Positions 14,704-23,435 of a stretch of DNA of 64,000 bases are shown one piece after another; the stretch's first letter is position 1; each line of letters starts with the position of its first letter. A program made the position numbers and the translations under genes. The notes beneath the pieces were generated by a model. It searched no databases, was not told the DNA's origin, and was given only the letters and a program-made list of their open reading frames with translations. Source of the DNA: Pseudomonadota bacterium (lineage in GTDB: Bacteria > Pseudomonadota > Alphaproteobacteria > Rickettsiales > RGZB01); assembly GCA_010031735.1 (NCBI GenBank), contig RGZB01000001.1:86411-150410 (forward strand), given 5' to 3'.

Positions 14704-15306
14704 ATGTTAACAACAGAAGTATTGAGCGAGGATAGCTCTATGGAGGACATTTTAGCCTCTATCAAGTCTATCATCGCAGGCGAACCCGATCCTAATAAAA
14801 AGGCACAGGAACAATCCATGGATAAAGCAAAACCCGCTGATAAAGCCCCTGAAAAAGCCAAAGAGGATGTCCTCGAACTCACCAATAAAGTGGATCCGGC
14901 GCCGATGGATGTCTTATCGAATATCGATGCTGCCATGAGTAAGGATGCACCTGCTTCAGCTGCGGCCCCGGCGCCAGAACCGGCAAAAGCAGCACCCACA
15001 CCCGCCTTCACTCCAGCACCACCTGTAGCAGCACCCGCCCCGATAGATAACGCGGCCGCGGATGAAAACCAACGTCTTCTCTCTGAACAAAGCTCACGTG
15101 CTGCGGCTGCATCACTGCGCAACCTGGTCGATAACCTTCCAAAACCGAAAGTCGATAGTATGACACTTCGTTCTGGCAACACGGTAGAAGACCTTGTGAT
15201 CGAATGCCTTAAACCGATGCTGTCCGCATGGGTGGATAAAAATCTTCCGGTGCTCGTGGAGCGCATAGTCGAAAAAGAAATCAAAAAACTCCTGCCCGAT
15301 AAATAG
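14704..15306 (+). CDS. popZ: pole-organizing protein PopZ homolog (DUF2497 C-terminus)
   Basis: MEDILASIKSIIAGE N-terminal helix, Pro/Ala-rich linker, C-terminal ..TVEDLVIECLKPMLSAWVDKNLPVLVERIVEKEIKKL, as in Caulobacter PopZ. Confidence 0.8.
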   Translation: MLTTEVLSEDSSMEDILASIKSIIAGEPDPNKKAQEQSMDKAKPADKAPEKAKEDVLELTNKVDPAPMDVLSNIDAAMSKDAPASAAAPAPEPAKAAPTPAFTPAPPVAAPAPIDNAAADENQRLLSEQSSRAAAASLRNLVDNLPKPKVDSMTLRSGNTVEDLVIECLKPMLSAWVDKNLPVLVERIVEKEIKKLLPDK

Positions 15307-15317
15307 GTGTAACGTGG

Positions 15318-15848
15318 ATGTCTTCATCTACTGTGATACTCGGTCTTGGCTCTAACATGGGAGACCGAATGGGGTTTCTCACACGTGCAGTCCAATCACT
15401 TTCTAAACACGTCCTTAAGGATATGATGGTTTCTCCCATCTATGCTTCGGATGCCGAAGTGCCGGAAGGTGCGGATACAAGTTACCATCAACCGTTCTAT
15501 AACATCGCCGTTGCCGGGAAGACCGATAAAGCAGCCTTTGATGTCCTGAAAAGCATTCGTGAACTCGAAGCTCAAATCGGCTTTCACGATCACACCCGCA
15601 AATGGGCACCGCGCGAGATCGATATCGATATCCTCGCGTACGGCGATCAAATTATCGAGGATAAAACGCTCGTAGTACCACACCCTCAATTGATGAAGCG
15701 TCCCTTCGCGCTACTGCCACTGCTCGATGTCGCGCCGGAGTGGAGACATCCTCTCACAAAAGAAACAGCAGCCTCCGTCGCCACACAATGGAAACGCGCA
15801 GGCGTTCCTTTTGCCACCACCAAGACACGCGAGGTCATCGTATTATGA
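15318..15848 (+). CDS. folK: 2-amino-4-hydroxy-6-hydroxymethyldihydropteridine diphosphokinase
   Basis: ILGLGSNMGDR .. IDIDIL .. PHPQLMKRPFALLPL. Confidence 0.9.
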   Translation: MSSSTVILGLGSNMGDRMGFLTRAVQSLSKHVLKDMMVSPIYASDAEVPEGADTSYHQPFYNIAVAGKTDKAAFDVLKSIRELEAQIGFHDHTRKWAPREIDIDILAYGDQIIEDKTLVVPHPQLMKRPFALLPLLDVAPEWRHPLTKETAASVATQWKRAGVPFATTKTREVIVL

Positions 15849-16660
15849 AAACGCAGCTGGTAGGTATCGTGAACGTCACGCCGGATTCGTTTTCGGATGG
15901 TGGCGTCGCCAATAATGCACAGACCGCGCTCATGCTGGCGAAAAAGCATTTCGACGAAGGCGCACACATCATCGATATCGGTGCAGAATCCACCCGTCCG
16001 GGTGCCACGCCTATTTCTATCCACGAGGAATGGGACCGTTTACAACCGGTACTGAAACTACTCGAGAAGAAATTACCGAAGGCCGTGCTAAGCATTGATA
16101 CCTACCATGCAGAGACGGTAGCAAAACTCGTGACACATGAGATCGACTGGATTAACGATGTCTCCGGTGGCTGCCCAGAGATCGCAAAACTTATCTCGCG
16201 TTACGATACGTTCCATCATGTCATCATGCACAATCTCGGCGTACCCGCGAACAAAGATAAAACCCTGCCTGCATCGCAAGACCCTATCTCGGCGATACTG
16301 CACTGGGCAGAGGAAAAACTGATAGAGCTTGAGCGTATTGGGCTTTCAAGCAGCCGTATCATCCTCGACCCGGGCATTGGTTTCGGTAAGACACCGGAAC
16401 AATCCGTGCACATATTGCGGCATATCAAGGAACTGAAGATCCTGGGTGTACCGTTAATGGTAGGGCATTCACGGAAATCATTCTTAAGCTTCTTCGGAGG
16501 CACTGCCACGATGGAAGAGAAAGATAAGCGCACTGCTGAAATCTCCGCACATCTCCAACGCGAGGGCGTAGAGTATATCCGCGTGCACAACGTCAAAGCC
16601 TCGATGGATGCGATGCGGGACAATATCGCCCCGCCCCCCGGTTTATTGGTCACACCATGA
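15845..16660 (+). CDS. folP: dihydropteroate synthase
   Basis: GIVNVTPDSFSDGG, IIDIGAESTRPG. The ATG at 15845 forms an ATGA overlap with the folK stop. The ORF-track start at 15740 lies inside folK. Confidence 0.9.
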   Translation: MKTQLVGIVNVTPDSFSDGGVANNAQTALMLAKKHFDEGAHIIDIGAESTRPGATPISIHEEWDRLQPVLKLLEKKLPKAVLSIDTYHAETVAKLVTHEIDWINDVSGGCPEIAKLISRYDTFHHVIMHNLGVPANKDKTLPASQDPISAILHWAEEKLIELERIGLSSSRIILDPGIGFGKTPEQSVHILRHIKELKILGVPLMVGHSRKSFLSFFGGTATMEEKDKRTAEISAHLQREGVEYIRVHNVKASMDAMRDNIAPPPGLLVTP

Positions 16661-17112
16661 TCCAGGATTTTCCCTTTATGAGACAGGCGCTCGGGTTGGC
16701 CGAAGCAGCAGCGAAGCGCGATGAAGTCCCGGTGGGCGCCGTCATCGTCGATAAAAATGGTAAAGTAATCGCCGCTGCGAGCAACCGCGTCGAAGAATGG
16801 TGCGACCCGAGCGCCCATGCAGAAGTAGTCGCCATCCGCGAGGCTTGCAGGGCGCTTGGCACCACCAAGCTCGTGGAGTGCGATATGTATGTCTCCCTGG
16901 AACCCTGCACCATGTGTGCGCAGGCTATCTCGTTCGCACGTATCCGCAGGCTCTATTATGGGGCAAGTGATCCTAAGATGGGCGGCATAGAACAAGGCAG
17001 CAAAGTATTCATGAGCAGCACTTGCCACCATAAACCAGAGGTTTACGGGGGAATCATGGCCGCACCTTCCGAAGCATTGATGAAAGCTTTCTTCCAGGCA
17101 AAACGCAGTTGA
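16657..17112 (+). CDS. tadA: tRNA adenosine(34) deaminase
   Basis: HAEVVAIREA and PCTMCAQA zinc-binding motifs, 151 aa. Confidence 0.9.
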   Translation: MIQDFPFMRQALGLAEAAAKRDEVPVGAVIVDKNGKVIAAASNRVEEWCDPSAHAEVVAIREACRALGTTKLVECDMYVSLEPCTMCAQAISFARIRRLYYGASDPKMGGIEQGSKVFMSSTCHHKPEVYGGIMAAPSEALMKAFFQAKRS

Positions 17113-17190
17113 TTCTTTGCGAATATCCTTGCCAAAACAGGCTTTTTAAGGGTATAGCTTGCGCTATTATTTTGCCTGTATGAGGCCATT

Positions 17191-17949
17191 ATGAGCAAAA
17201 AGACGATCATCCCCCTGGATACCGAAAAGAAGGACTCCCTGTTCGAGAATAGCGAGCAGAGCCTTCGTGATTTCAACTTCAACGCCAAAGTCGCTGAAGT
17301 ATTTGACGACATGGTAAGCCGTTCGGTTCCTTTCTACACCGAGATGCAACGTATGACCTGCGAACTTGCGAAAGACTTCGCACGTCCGAATACCAACCTG
17401 TACGACATCGGTTGCTCAACCGCGACCACGATGCTCGCGCTTGACCCCTATCTCGATGAAGCTGTTAATTTCATCGGCATCGATAACTCACAGGACATGC
17501 TGAACAAAGCAGCGAAGAAAGTGCAGGAATCTGGCAGCAAACGTTCGATGGATTTTGTCTGTGCCGATCTGCACAAAGGCGTGCATTTCGAGAACGCGAG
17601 TGTCATCACCATGCTGCTGACGTTGCAGTTCGTCCGTCCGCTTTACCGCGAGCGCATCATGAAGAACATCTATCATGGCCTGAACGACCAGGGCGCACTC
17701 ATCCTCATCGAGAAACTGACGAGCGAGAGCACGATGTTCAATCGTCTGTTCATCGATCATTACTACGACTTCAAGCGCCGTAACGGGTATTCCGAAAACG
17801 AGATCACGCATAAACGTGAGGCATTGGAAAACGTGCTTATCCCTTATCGCGTCGAAGAAAACTATGCGCTGCTGCAGGATGCCGGCTTCAAACACGTAGA
17901 GGTGTTCTTCCGCTGGTATAATTTCTGCGGCATCATCGCGATGAAATAA
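17191..17949 (+). CDS. cmoA: carboxy-S-adenosyl-L-methionine synthase
   Basis: FNAKVAEVFDDMVSRSVPFY and SAM-methyltransferase fold motifs (YDIGCSTA), 252 aa. Confidence 0.85.
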   Translation: MSKKTIIPLDTEKKDSLFENSEQSLRDFNFNAKVAEVFDDMVSRSVPFYTEMQRMTCELAKDFARPNTNLYDIGCSTATTMLALDPYLDEAVNFIGIDNSQDMLNKAAKKVQESGSKRSMDFVCADLHKGVHFENASVITMLLTLQFVRPLYRERIMKNIYHGLNDQGALILIEKLTSESTMFNRLFIDHYYDFKRRNGYSENEITHKREALENVLIPYRVEENYALLQDAGFKHVEVFFRWYNFCGIIAMK

Positions 17950-17966
17950 TAATCGAAAAGGCATTT

Positions 17967-18704
17967 ATGAAAAAAATCATGATCAAAATCGGTGACTTCT
18001 TCTTTAAATATCGCAACCACCTCTTCCCACTGATTCTCACCGCGCTCTATCTTATCTCCGTCCCGCCGCACGATTTTTTCGGCAATGAAAAACTCGAAAA
18101 CCTGAAAGATATCCTTGCTGTCTTGATCGCCGCAAGCGGCCTTGCACTCCGTGCACTTGTCATCGGCTATGCCTATATCAAACGTGGCGGCCTGCAAAAG
18201 AAAGTCTATGCGGAGAACCTGGTGACCCAGGGTGTCTTCTCTGCCTGCCGCAATCCACTTTATGTCGGTAACGTGCTTATCTGCATCGGCATCTTCCTGA
18301 TGCATGGCAGCCCGATCGTGCTCTCTTTAGGGATCACGATTTATCTCTTCATCTACCAATGCATCATCTTTGCAGAAGAACGCTACCTCCGTGAGAAATT
18401 CGGCAAGGCCTATGACGCGTATTGCAACGATACACCGCGCTGGCTGGTAAAAGTATCTGTGCTCCCGGAAGCGCTGAGCGGCATGAAGTTCAACTTCAAA
18501 CGCGTCATCATGAAAGACTACACCACCATCGCCAATACCATCGTGCTGCTGGCTATCACGGAGCTCTATGAAGATTACAGTGCTATCCGTATCGGCGGCA
18601 TGGATGGCTACAATGCGCTCCTGTGCTTACTTATCGTGACCTCCATCATCATGGTGATTGCTGTACGCACCGCGAAGAAGAAACACTGGCTGACGGAAGC
18701 GTAA
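17967..18704 (+). CDS. isoprenylcysteine carboxyl methyltransferase-family membrane protein
   Basis: Polytopic. RNPLYVGNVL and EERYLREKFG motifs typical of the ICMT/PEMT family. Confidence 0.75.
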   Translation: MKKIMIKIGDFFFKYRNHLFPLILTALYLISVPPHDFFGNEKLENLKDILAVLIAASGLALRALVIGYAYIKRGGLQKKVYAENLVTQGVFSACRNPLYVGNVLICIGIFLMHGSPIVLSLGITIYLFIYQCIIFAEERYLREKFGKAYDAYCNDTPRWLVKVSVLPEALSGMKFNFKRVIMKDYTTIANTIVLLAITELYEDYSAIRIGGMDGYNALLCLLIVTSIIMVIAVRTAKKKHWLTEA

Positions 18705-18730
18705 TACCACTTCTGCCACCAGGCATAAAA

Positions 18731-18755
18731 AAACCACCGGTATCCCCGGTGGTTT
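18731..18755. terminator. bidirectional intrinsic terminator between convergent genes
   Basis: AAAAAAACCACCGG-tatcc-CCGGTGGTTTTTT, with an A-tract before and a T-tract after. Confidence 0.8.
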
Positions 18756-18787
18756 TTTATTCTCTAACGCTTTAAGAAACGTTGAGC

Positions 18788-19399
18788 CTAGCTTTTCGCT
18801 TTCAGGTTCTTCACACGTTCCGTGAGCATTTTAATGAAGGCATCGGAACCTTGGCGGGAGATGACGCCCGCGAAATCCGAACGCTGGGTAGTGATGAGGC
18901 TGACGCCCTCACCGATGATATCGATCAGTTTGTACGAGCCGTCTTTTTGACGCAGGCGGTAATCGACACGCACTGCCGGCTTATCGCTCGAACGCACCAG
19001 TTCGGTCTGCACGAAGAACTCATTGTTCTTGTCTTCGCGGATGTTGATGATCTTCAGCTTTTCACCCGTGTATTCTTTAAAGCGCGGAACATAGCTATAC
19101 ACGAGGAAGTCTTTATAGAGATTCGTGTATTCTTGCTTTTGGCCGTCTTTGAGTGCGCGGTAGTTTGCACCCATGACGAAGCGGCTCATCCAATCCGTAT
19201 CGACGGAACGCAGGAAGATCTCTTTCAGTTTATCGGATTTAGCGGAATCAGAGGATTTGCTTTCGATGACGCCGATCACTTCATTGCTGAGTGATTGTAC
19301 GAAGTTACGCGCACCATCGGTTGCAGCGGAAACCGGCGTCGCTGCAAAAACGCCAACGAATAATACCAGCAGAAAAGCGGTGGGGGAGAAACGTTTCAT
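18788..19399 (-). CDS. mlaC: phospholipid-binding periplasmic protein MlaC (Ttg2D family)
   Basis: Signal peptide. DTDWMSRFVMGANYRAL motif typical of MlaC. Confidence 0.85.
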   Translation of the reverse strand: MKRFSPTAFLLVLFVGVFAATPVSAATDGARNFVQSLSNEVIGVIESKSSDSAKSDKLKEIFLRSVDTDWMSRFVMGANYRALKDGQKQEYTNLYKDFLVYSYVPRFKEYTGEKLKIINIREDKNNEFFVQTELVRSSDKPAVRVDYRLRQKDGSYKLIDIIGEGVSLITTQRSDFAGVISRQGSDAFIKMLTERVKNLKAKS

Positions 19400-19402
19400 A
19401 AC

Positions 19403-20389
19403 CTATTGCTCTTTCTTTACTTCTGTATTTTGTGTTTTGGTTTCGGTATTCGCCTCGGTTTTCACTTCTTTTTTAACTTCCGTCTTAGCTTTGGCCGGGG
19501 CTTTTTTGACTACTTTCTTCGCAGCGGCTTTCTTCGGAGCTTCTTTGGCTTTTACTTCTGCTTTCTGCTCTGCCAGAACACCACTGTGGCTGAAATCCTT
19601 TTTACCAGCATTCGTGGACTTATTAAAGTCCTTGCGGAACACCAGCGGAAGATCGCCACGCCCTTCTTGTACGTTCTTTTCCGTATTTTGGATATAAGCA
19701 CTACGGATCGTAGCATAAGGATCGAATGAGGTGGCTTCGATATCCTCGATGAGATCCAGGTTCTTCGTACGCGCATTGACCGCATCCGAACCCGTACGGG
19801 CCAGGGTAACAGGCATTGCTGCATAATTGAACGGGTTGGTCACTGCATCCACTACCTTACCCACTACGCCACGGGCAGAAGACGGGCCAAAGACCGGAAG
19901 CATGACATACGGGCCTTCACCCACACCATACGAACCCAGAGTTTGGTCAAAACCCTCTTCGCGGCGCTCCAGGCCAGCATATTGCGCCTGATCGAACAGA
20001 CCACCGATACCGAAGGTCGTATTGATGATGAAACGCCAGAATGTGACGAATGACTGATCGAAATCGCCTTGTGCGATAGAGTTCAGCATGGAAACCGGCT
20101 CAGAAAGGTTGGTCAGGAAGTTATCCACGCGGTCGCGGGCATATTCCGGCACTACCTTCTTATAACCTTTCGCGATCGGGCGAAGCGTCGCTTTATCGAG
20201 CCCAACGTTGAAATCATACGTGCCGCGGTTGACGTTCTCAGCTGGATCGTCTGCGGCTACGGTTTTAATATCTTCCGGGCGTGAGCCACGGATATCGATA
20301 CCTACAGCAGAGACTTCCGCGGAATGCGCGACAAGCGGCGCGGCAGATACGGTTGCAAGTAACATCAGTCCTAAGAGATTCTTACGCAT
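19403..20389 (-). CDS. mlaA: MlaA/VacJ family lipoprotein with Lys/Glu/Ala-rich C-terminal extension
   Basis: NRGTYDFNVGLDKATLRPIAKGY..NFLTNLSEP VacJ core, followed by a ~60-aa KKAAAKKVVKKAPAKAKTEVKKEVK tail. Confidence 0.85.
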   Translation of the reverse strand: MRKNLLGLMLLATVSAAPLVAHSAEVSAVGIDIRGSRPEDIKTVAADDPAENVNRGTYDFNVGLDKATLRPIAKGYKKVVPEYARDRVDNFLTNLSEPVSMLNSIAQGDFDQSFVTFWRFIINTTFGIGGLFDQAQYAGLERREEGFDQTLGSYGVGEGPYVMLPVFGPSSARGVVGKVVDAVTNPFNYAAMPVTLARTGSDAVNARTKNLDLIEDIEATSFDPYATIRSAYIQNTEKNVQEGRGDLPLVFRKDFNKSTNAGKKDFSHSGVLAEQKAEVKAKEAPKKAAAKKVVKKAPAKAKTEVKKEVKTEANTETKTQNTEVKKEQ

Positions 20390-20674
20390 ATTCCCCCATC
20401 AAATTGGTAAAACCAACCCAGAGCTTACGATACAATAAACTTGTTAAAACTACGTTAAACAATGAAAAGTTCAGGCTCTTTATACATAACTGCTTTGCTA
20501 AAAAAAGGAAAATTAACGAATTCGTAAGCCTAAAAATGGCCTTGTAACACAATCGGCTAAACTGTTGCATTTATGCAACAATCATTTTGGAGGGTTTTGG
20601 GGTTTACTGTTGCAGATATGGGGCTGATTCGGTAGGTTTACCCCCTTCCTTAAGCGCTAATACGAGTTTTACCC

Positions 20675-21559
20675 GTGCCTGAACCTGTCGTTTCGACCTT
20701 ATCAACACTGCTGGATGTCAAACCGCCAACGGTTTCGTTTGAGTTTTTTCCGCCTAAGACCCCGGAGTCAGAAGAAAAGTTGTGGCTATCGATCAAGGCA
20801 CTCGAACCACTGAACCCTGCATTCGTCTCGGTGACGTATGGTGCCGGCGGTAGCACACGCGAGCGTACACATCACACGCTCCAGCGTATTCTGAAAGAAA
20901 CCAAACTAAAGCCCGCTGCTCACCTTACCTGTGTCGCAGCAACCAAAGAAGAGATCAATACGGTCGTCAAAAGCTATTGGGATATCGGTGTAAAACATAT
21001 CGTTGCACTCCGCGGTGATATGCCGGGCGGTGGCAAATATGTTGTACATCCAGGTGGTTACCCTTATGCCGTCGATTTGGTCAGTGGTATCAAGAAGGTC
21101 GCGGATTTCGAGATCAGTGTGGCTGCCTATCCGGAAGTCCACCCTGACGCGCTTTCGCCCGAAAAAGACCTCGATAACTTGAAGCGCAAGCTCGATGCGG
21201 GCGCCAACCGCGCGATCACGCAGTATTTCTTCGATACCGAGATCTTCCTGCGATTCCGCGATAAAGCCGCAAAAGCCGGCATCAAAGCCCCGATCGTGCC
21301 AGGCATCATCCCGGTGGCGAGCTATAAACAGATCGTCAAATTCAGTGCGATGTGCGGAACTTCGATACCCGCGTGGCTGACACATATATTAGAGCCGCTT
21401 GAGAATAAACCCGAGCTTCACAAGATCGCCTCCACCATGATCGCAGCGGAGCAGTGCCGTGTGCTGATGAGCCAAGGCGAGAAACAGTTCCATTTCTACA
21501 CGCTGAACCACGCCGACCATACCGCCGCGGTGTGCCACCTACTCAATAAGCGGGGATAG
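20675..21559 (+). CDS. metF: methylenetetrahydrofolate reductase
   Basis: VSFEFFPPKT, VTYGAGGSTR, ITQYFFD. GTG start. Confidence 0.9.
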   Translation: MPEPVVSTLSTLLDVKPPTVSFEFFPPKTPESEEKLWLSIKALEPLNPAFVSVTYGAGGSTRERTHHTLQRILKETKLKPAAHLTCVAATKEEINTVVKSYWDIGVKHIVALRGDMPGGGKYVVHPGGYPYAVDLVSGIKKVADFEISVAAYPEVHPDALSPEKDLDNLKRKLDAGANRAITQYFFDTEIFLRFRDKAAKAGIKAPIVPGIIPVASYKQIVKFSAMCGTSIPAWLTHILEPLENKPELHKIASTMIAAEQCRVLMSQGEKQFHFYTLNHADHTAAVCHLLNKRG

Positions 21560-21560
21560 G

Positions 21561-22319
21561 ATGACGGAGTGGTTCCACAAGATTGAATACGAGATCAACG
21601 GCTCCGATATTCAGTTTGTGGAGATATTCCTCGACCCCGAAGAAACCGTCATTGCCGAATCCGGCACCATGATGTTCATGCAATCGGGCATCCAGTTCGA
21701 TACAAGGATGACCGACGGTAGTGCCAAGAACTCCGGTTTCGTCGGTGGGCTAATCAGCCTGGCCAAGCGCAAGCTCACCGGTGAGAATCTTTTCCTCACA
21801 TTTTATACAAATACCAGCGATGCGGTTCGTAGCGTCGCGTTTGCTCCTGCTTATCCCGGTACGATCGTTCCGATCGACCTTGCCGAGATGGGAGGTAAGA
21901 TCCTCTGCCAGAAGCGGGCCTTCTTATGTGCCGCCAAGGGTATCTCGATCGATGTCGGCATCACCAAAAAACTCTCGACCGGCTTCTTCGGCGGGGATGG
22001 GTTTATTTTGCAAAAACTCTCGGGCGATGGGCTTGCTTTTATCCATGCCGGAGGCACCGTTACCCGCCGTACTTTAGAGGACGGAGAGATCATGTATGTC
22101 GATACCGGTAGTTTGGTGGCCATGCAGCCATCTGTCCAATTTGAAATCAATTTCGTAAGCGGAATCAATAGCTTATTTTTTGGCGGCGAAGGGATGTTTT
22201 TAACTAGACTCACCGGTCCAGGCCATGTTTGGGTGCAATCCATGCCCTATTCCCGCTATATAAACAGCATCGCCTATGCGATCGCGAATCAGCCGGCGGT
22301 CGATACCAAGGATAAGTAG
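21561..22319 (+). CDS. TIGR00266/AIM24-family protein
   Basis: 252 aa. ..GGDGFILQKLSGDGLAFIHAGG.. repeat pattern typical of the AIM24 family. Confidence 0.75.
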   Translation: MTEWFHKIEYEINGSDIQFVEIFLDPEETVIAESGTMMFMQSGIQFDTRMTDGSAKNSGFVGGLISLAKRKLTGENLFLTFYTNTSDAVRSVAFAPAYPGTIVPIDLAEMGGKILCQKRAFLCAAKGISIDVGITKKLSTGFFGGDGFILQKLSGDGLAFIHAGGTVTRRTLEDGEIMYVDTGSLVAMQPSVQFEINFVSGINSLFFGGEGMFLTRLTGPGHVWVQSMPYSRYINSIAYAIANQPAVDTKDK

Positions 22320-22331
22320 CCTTCAAATGCC

Positions 22332-22367
22332 GACGGGGGTAGTGGTATAACCCACTTACCCCCCGTC
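22332..22367. terminator. hairpin shared by 21561-22319 (+) and cassette C8 (-)
   Basis: GACGGGGGTAGTGG-tataac-CCACTTACCCCCCGTC (two bulges). No clear U-tract on either side. Confidence 0.45.
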
Positions 22368-22394
22368 TCTACTCTCTGTCATCTCACCGAATTA

Positions 22395-22520
22395 TTACTT
22401 CTTCTTGTGGCCCGCGAACTGGTTGGCCGGGATCTTGTGCTGCCGCCGCGCGCGCTTGAGGGCCTTGCTGTTGCCCTTGGCCTTGGCGGACTCCGTCTTG
22501 CCGTGCTGGATCTTGCGCAT
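22395..22520 (-). CDS. hypothetical 41-aa highly basic peptide, GC3-rich cassette C8
   Basis: MRKIQHGKTESAKAKGNSKALKRARRQHKIPANQFAGHKKK. Every Lys is AAG and most codons end in G/C. Below the ORF-track cutoff. The opposite-strand ORF 22407-22601 looks like a shadow frame. Confidence 0.45.
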   Translation of the reverse strand: MRKIQHGKTESAKAKGNSKALKRARRQHKIPANQFAGHKKK

Positions 22521-22672
22521 GGTCGTAGTCCCTCGGTGTGTGTGGCGGGAACCTTTCGTTGTTTGTCCCGCCTAAGAACTGGATACTACCTTCGACGCTA
22601 GAACTCGTTCTACCTATCGATGAACTGGGTGTCCGTGCAGCAACTCACTTCTTCCCAGGTTGTTTTCCAATC

Positions 22673-22708
22673 CAACAAATACAGTTATGCCAACAAATAC
22701 AGTTATGA
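22673..22708. repeat. perfect tandem duplication, 2 x 18 bp (CCAACAAATACAGTTATG)
   Basis: Read directly. Lies in the leader/promoter region upstream of C8. Confidence 0.95.
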
Positions 22709-22898
22709 ATGTACCGAATATTTGTTACAGAAAGGGGTTTTATACCCCCTTTCGTCAAACCCTTTGAACTACTGTAAATTAATACTTGCCAAGGTACCAA
22801 TGGGATGCTACAAACTCCCCCAATTGCTAAGCGTTTTAGATAGGTGGGCCAAACAGCCCGCCTTTTTTGTTGCCTAAATCGACCCTTTTACGAGTTAT

Positions 22899-23417
22899 AT
22901 GCCCGCGACTGAACTGGAATTACAGATCGAATCCCTGGTACGCCCGCCGCTTGATGCGATGGGTTTCACCCTGGTGCGCGTGCGTTTCCTGGATGGTAAG
23001 AGCCCGCGCACCCTGCAAATCATGGCAGAACGCACGAAAGACGGCAGCATGAGCATGGAGGATTGCGTGACGGTGAATAACGCGATCTCCACCCTGCTCG
23101 ACGTGGAAGACCCTATCCAGGGGGAATATAACCTCGAGATCAGCTCGCCGGGTATGGACCGCCCACTCGTCCGCCCTGTCGATTTCGAGAAATATACCGG
23201 CTACAAGATCAAACTGACCGCGACCGAGACCATCGACGGCCGCAAGCGTTTCAAAGGCAAACTCACCGGCTTTAAGGACGACACTATCTATATCGAGCTT
23301 ACCGAAGAGAAAATCGAGGCACAGGTTCCCTACAGTAAGCTGGATCACGCAAACATCATCATCACCGATGAGATGCTGAAGGCGCAACTAAAACAAAAGA
23401 AACAACACGCTAACTAG
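22899..23417 (+). CDS. rimP: ribosome maturation factor RimP
   Basis: YNLEISSPGMDRPL motif. First gene of the nusA-infB block. Confidence 0.9.
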   Translation: MPATELELQIESLVRPPLDAMGFTLVRVRFLDGKSPRTLQIMAERTKDGSMSMEDCVTVNNAISTLLDVEDPIQGEYNLEISSPGMDRPLVRPVDFEKYTGYKIKLTATETIDGRKRFKGKLTGFKDDTIYIELTEEKIEAQVPYSKLDHANIIITDEMLKAQLKQKKQHAN

Positions 23418-23435
23418 GAGTAAACGAGGTTCATC

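Noticed and set aside
20390-20674. Possible riboswitch or operator upstream of metF (hairpin GTTGCA-ttta-TGCAAC at about 20563-20578, near-CtrA box TTAAaactacgTTAAA, palindrome TTACGAATTCGTAA)
   Set aside because: I cannot match the region to a SAM-II or other riboswitch consensus from memory. The TTAA-N7-TTAAA site has a mismatch and no fixed -10 partner. It is left as an ordinary divergent promoter region.
22620-22877. 85-aa plus-strand ORF upstream of rimP
   Set aside because: It spans the 18-bp tandem repeat and AT-rich promoter-like DNA (..NKYSYANKYSYE..). It has no SD and no coding periodicity, so it is more likely the regulatory region of cassette C8.
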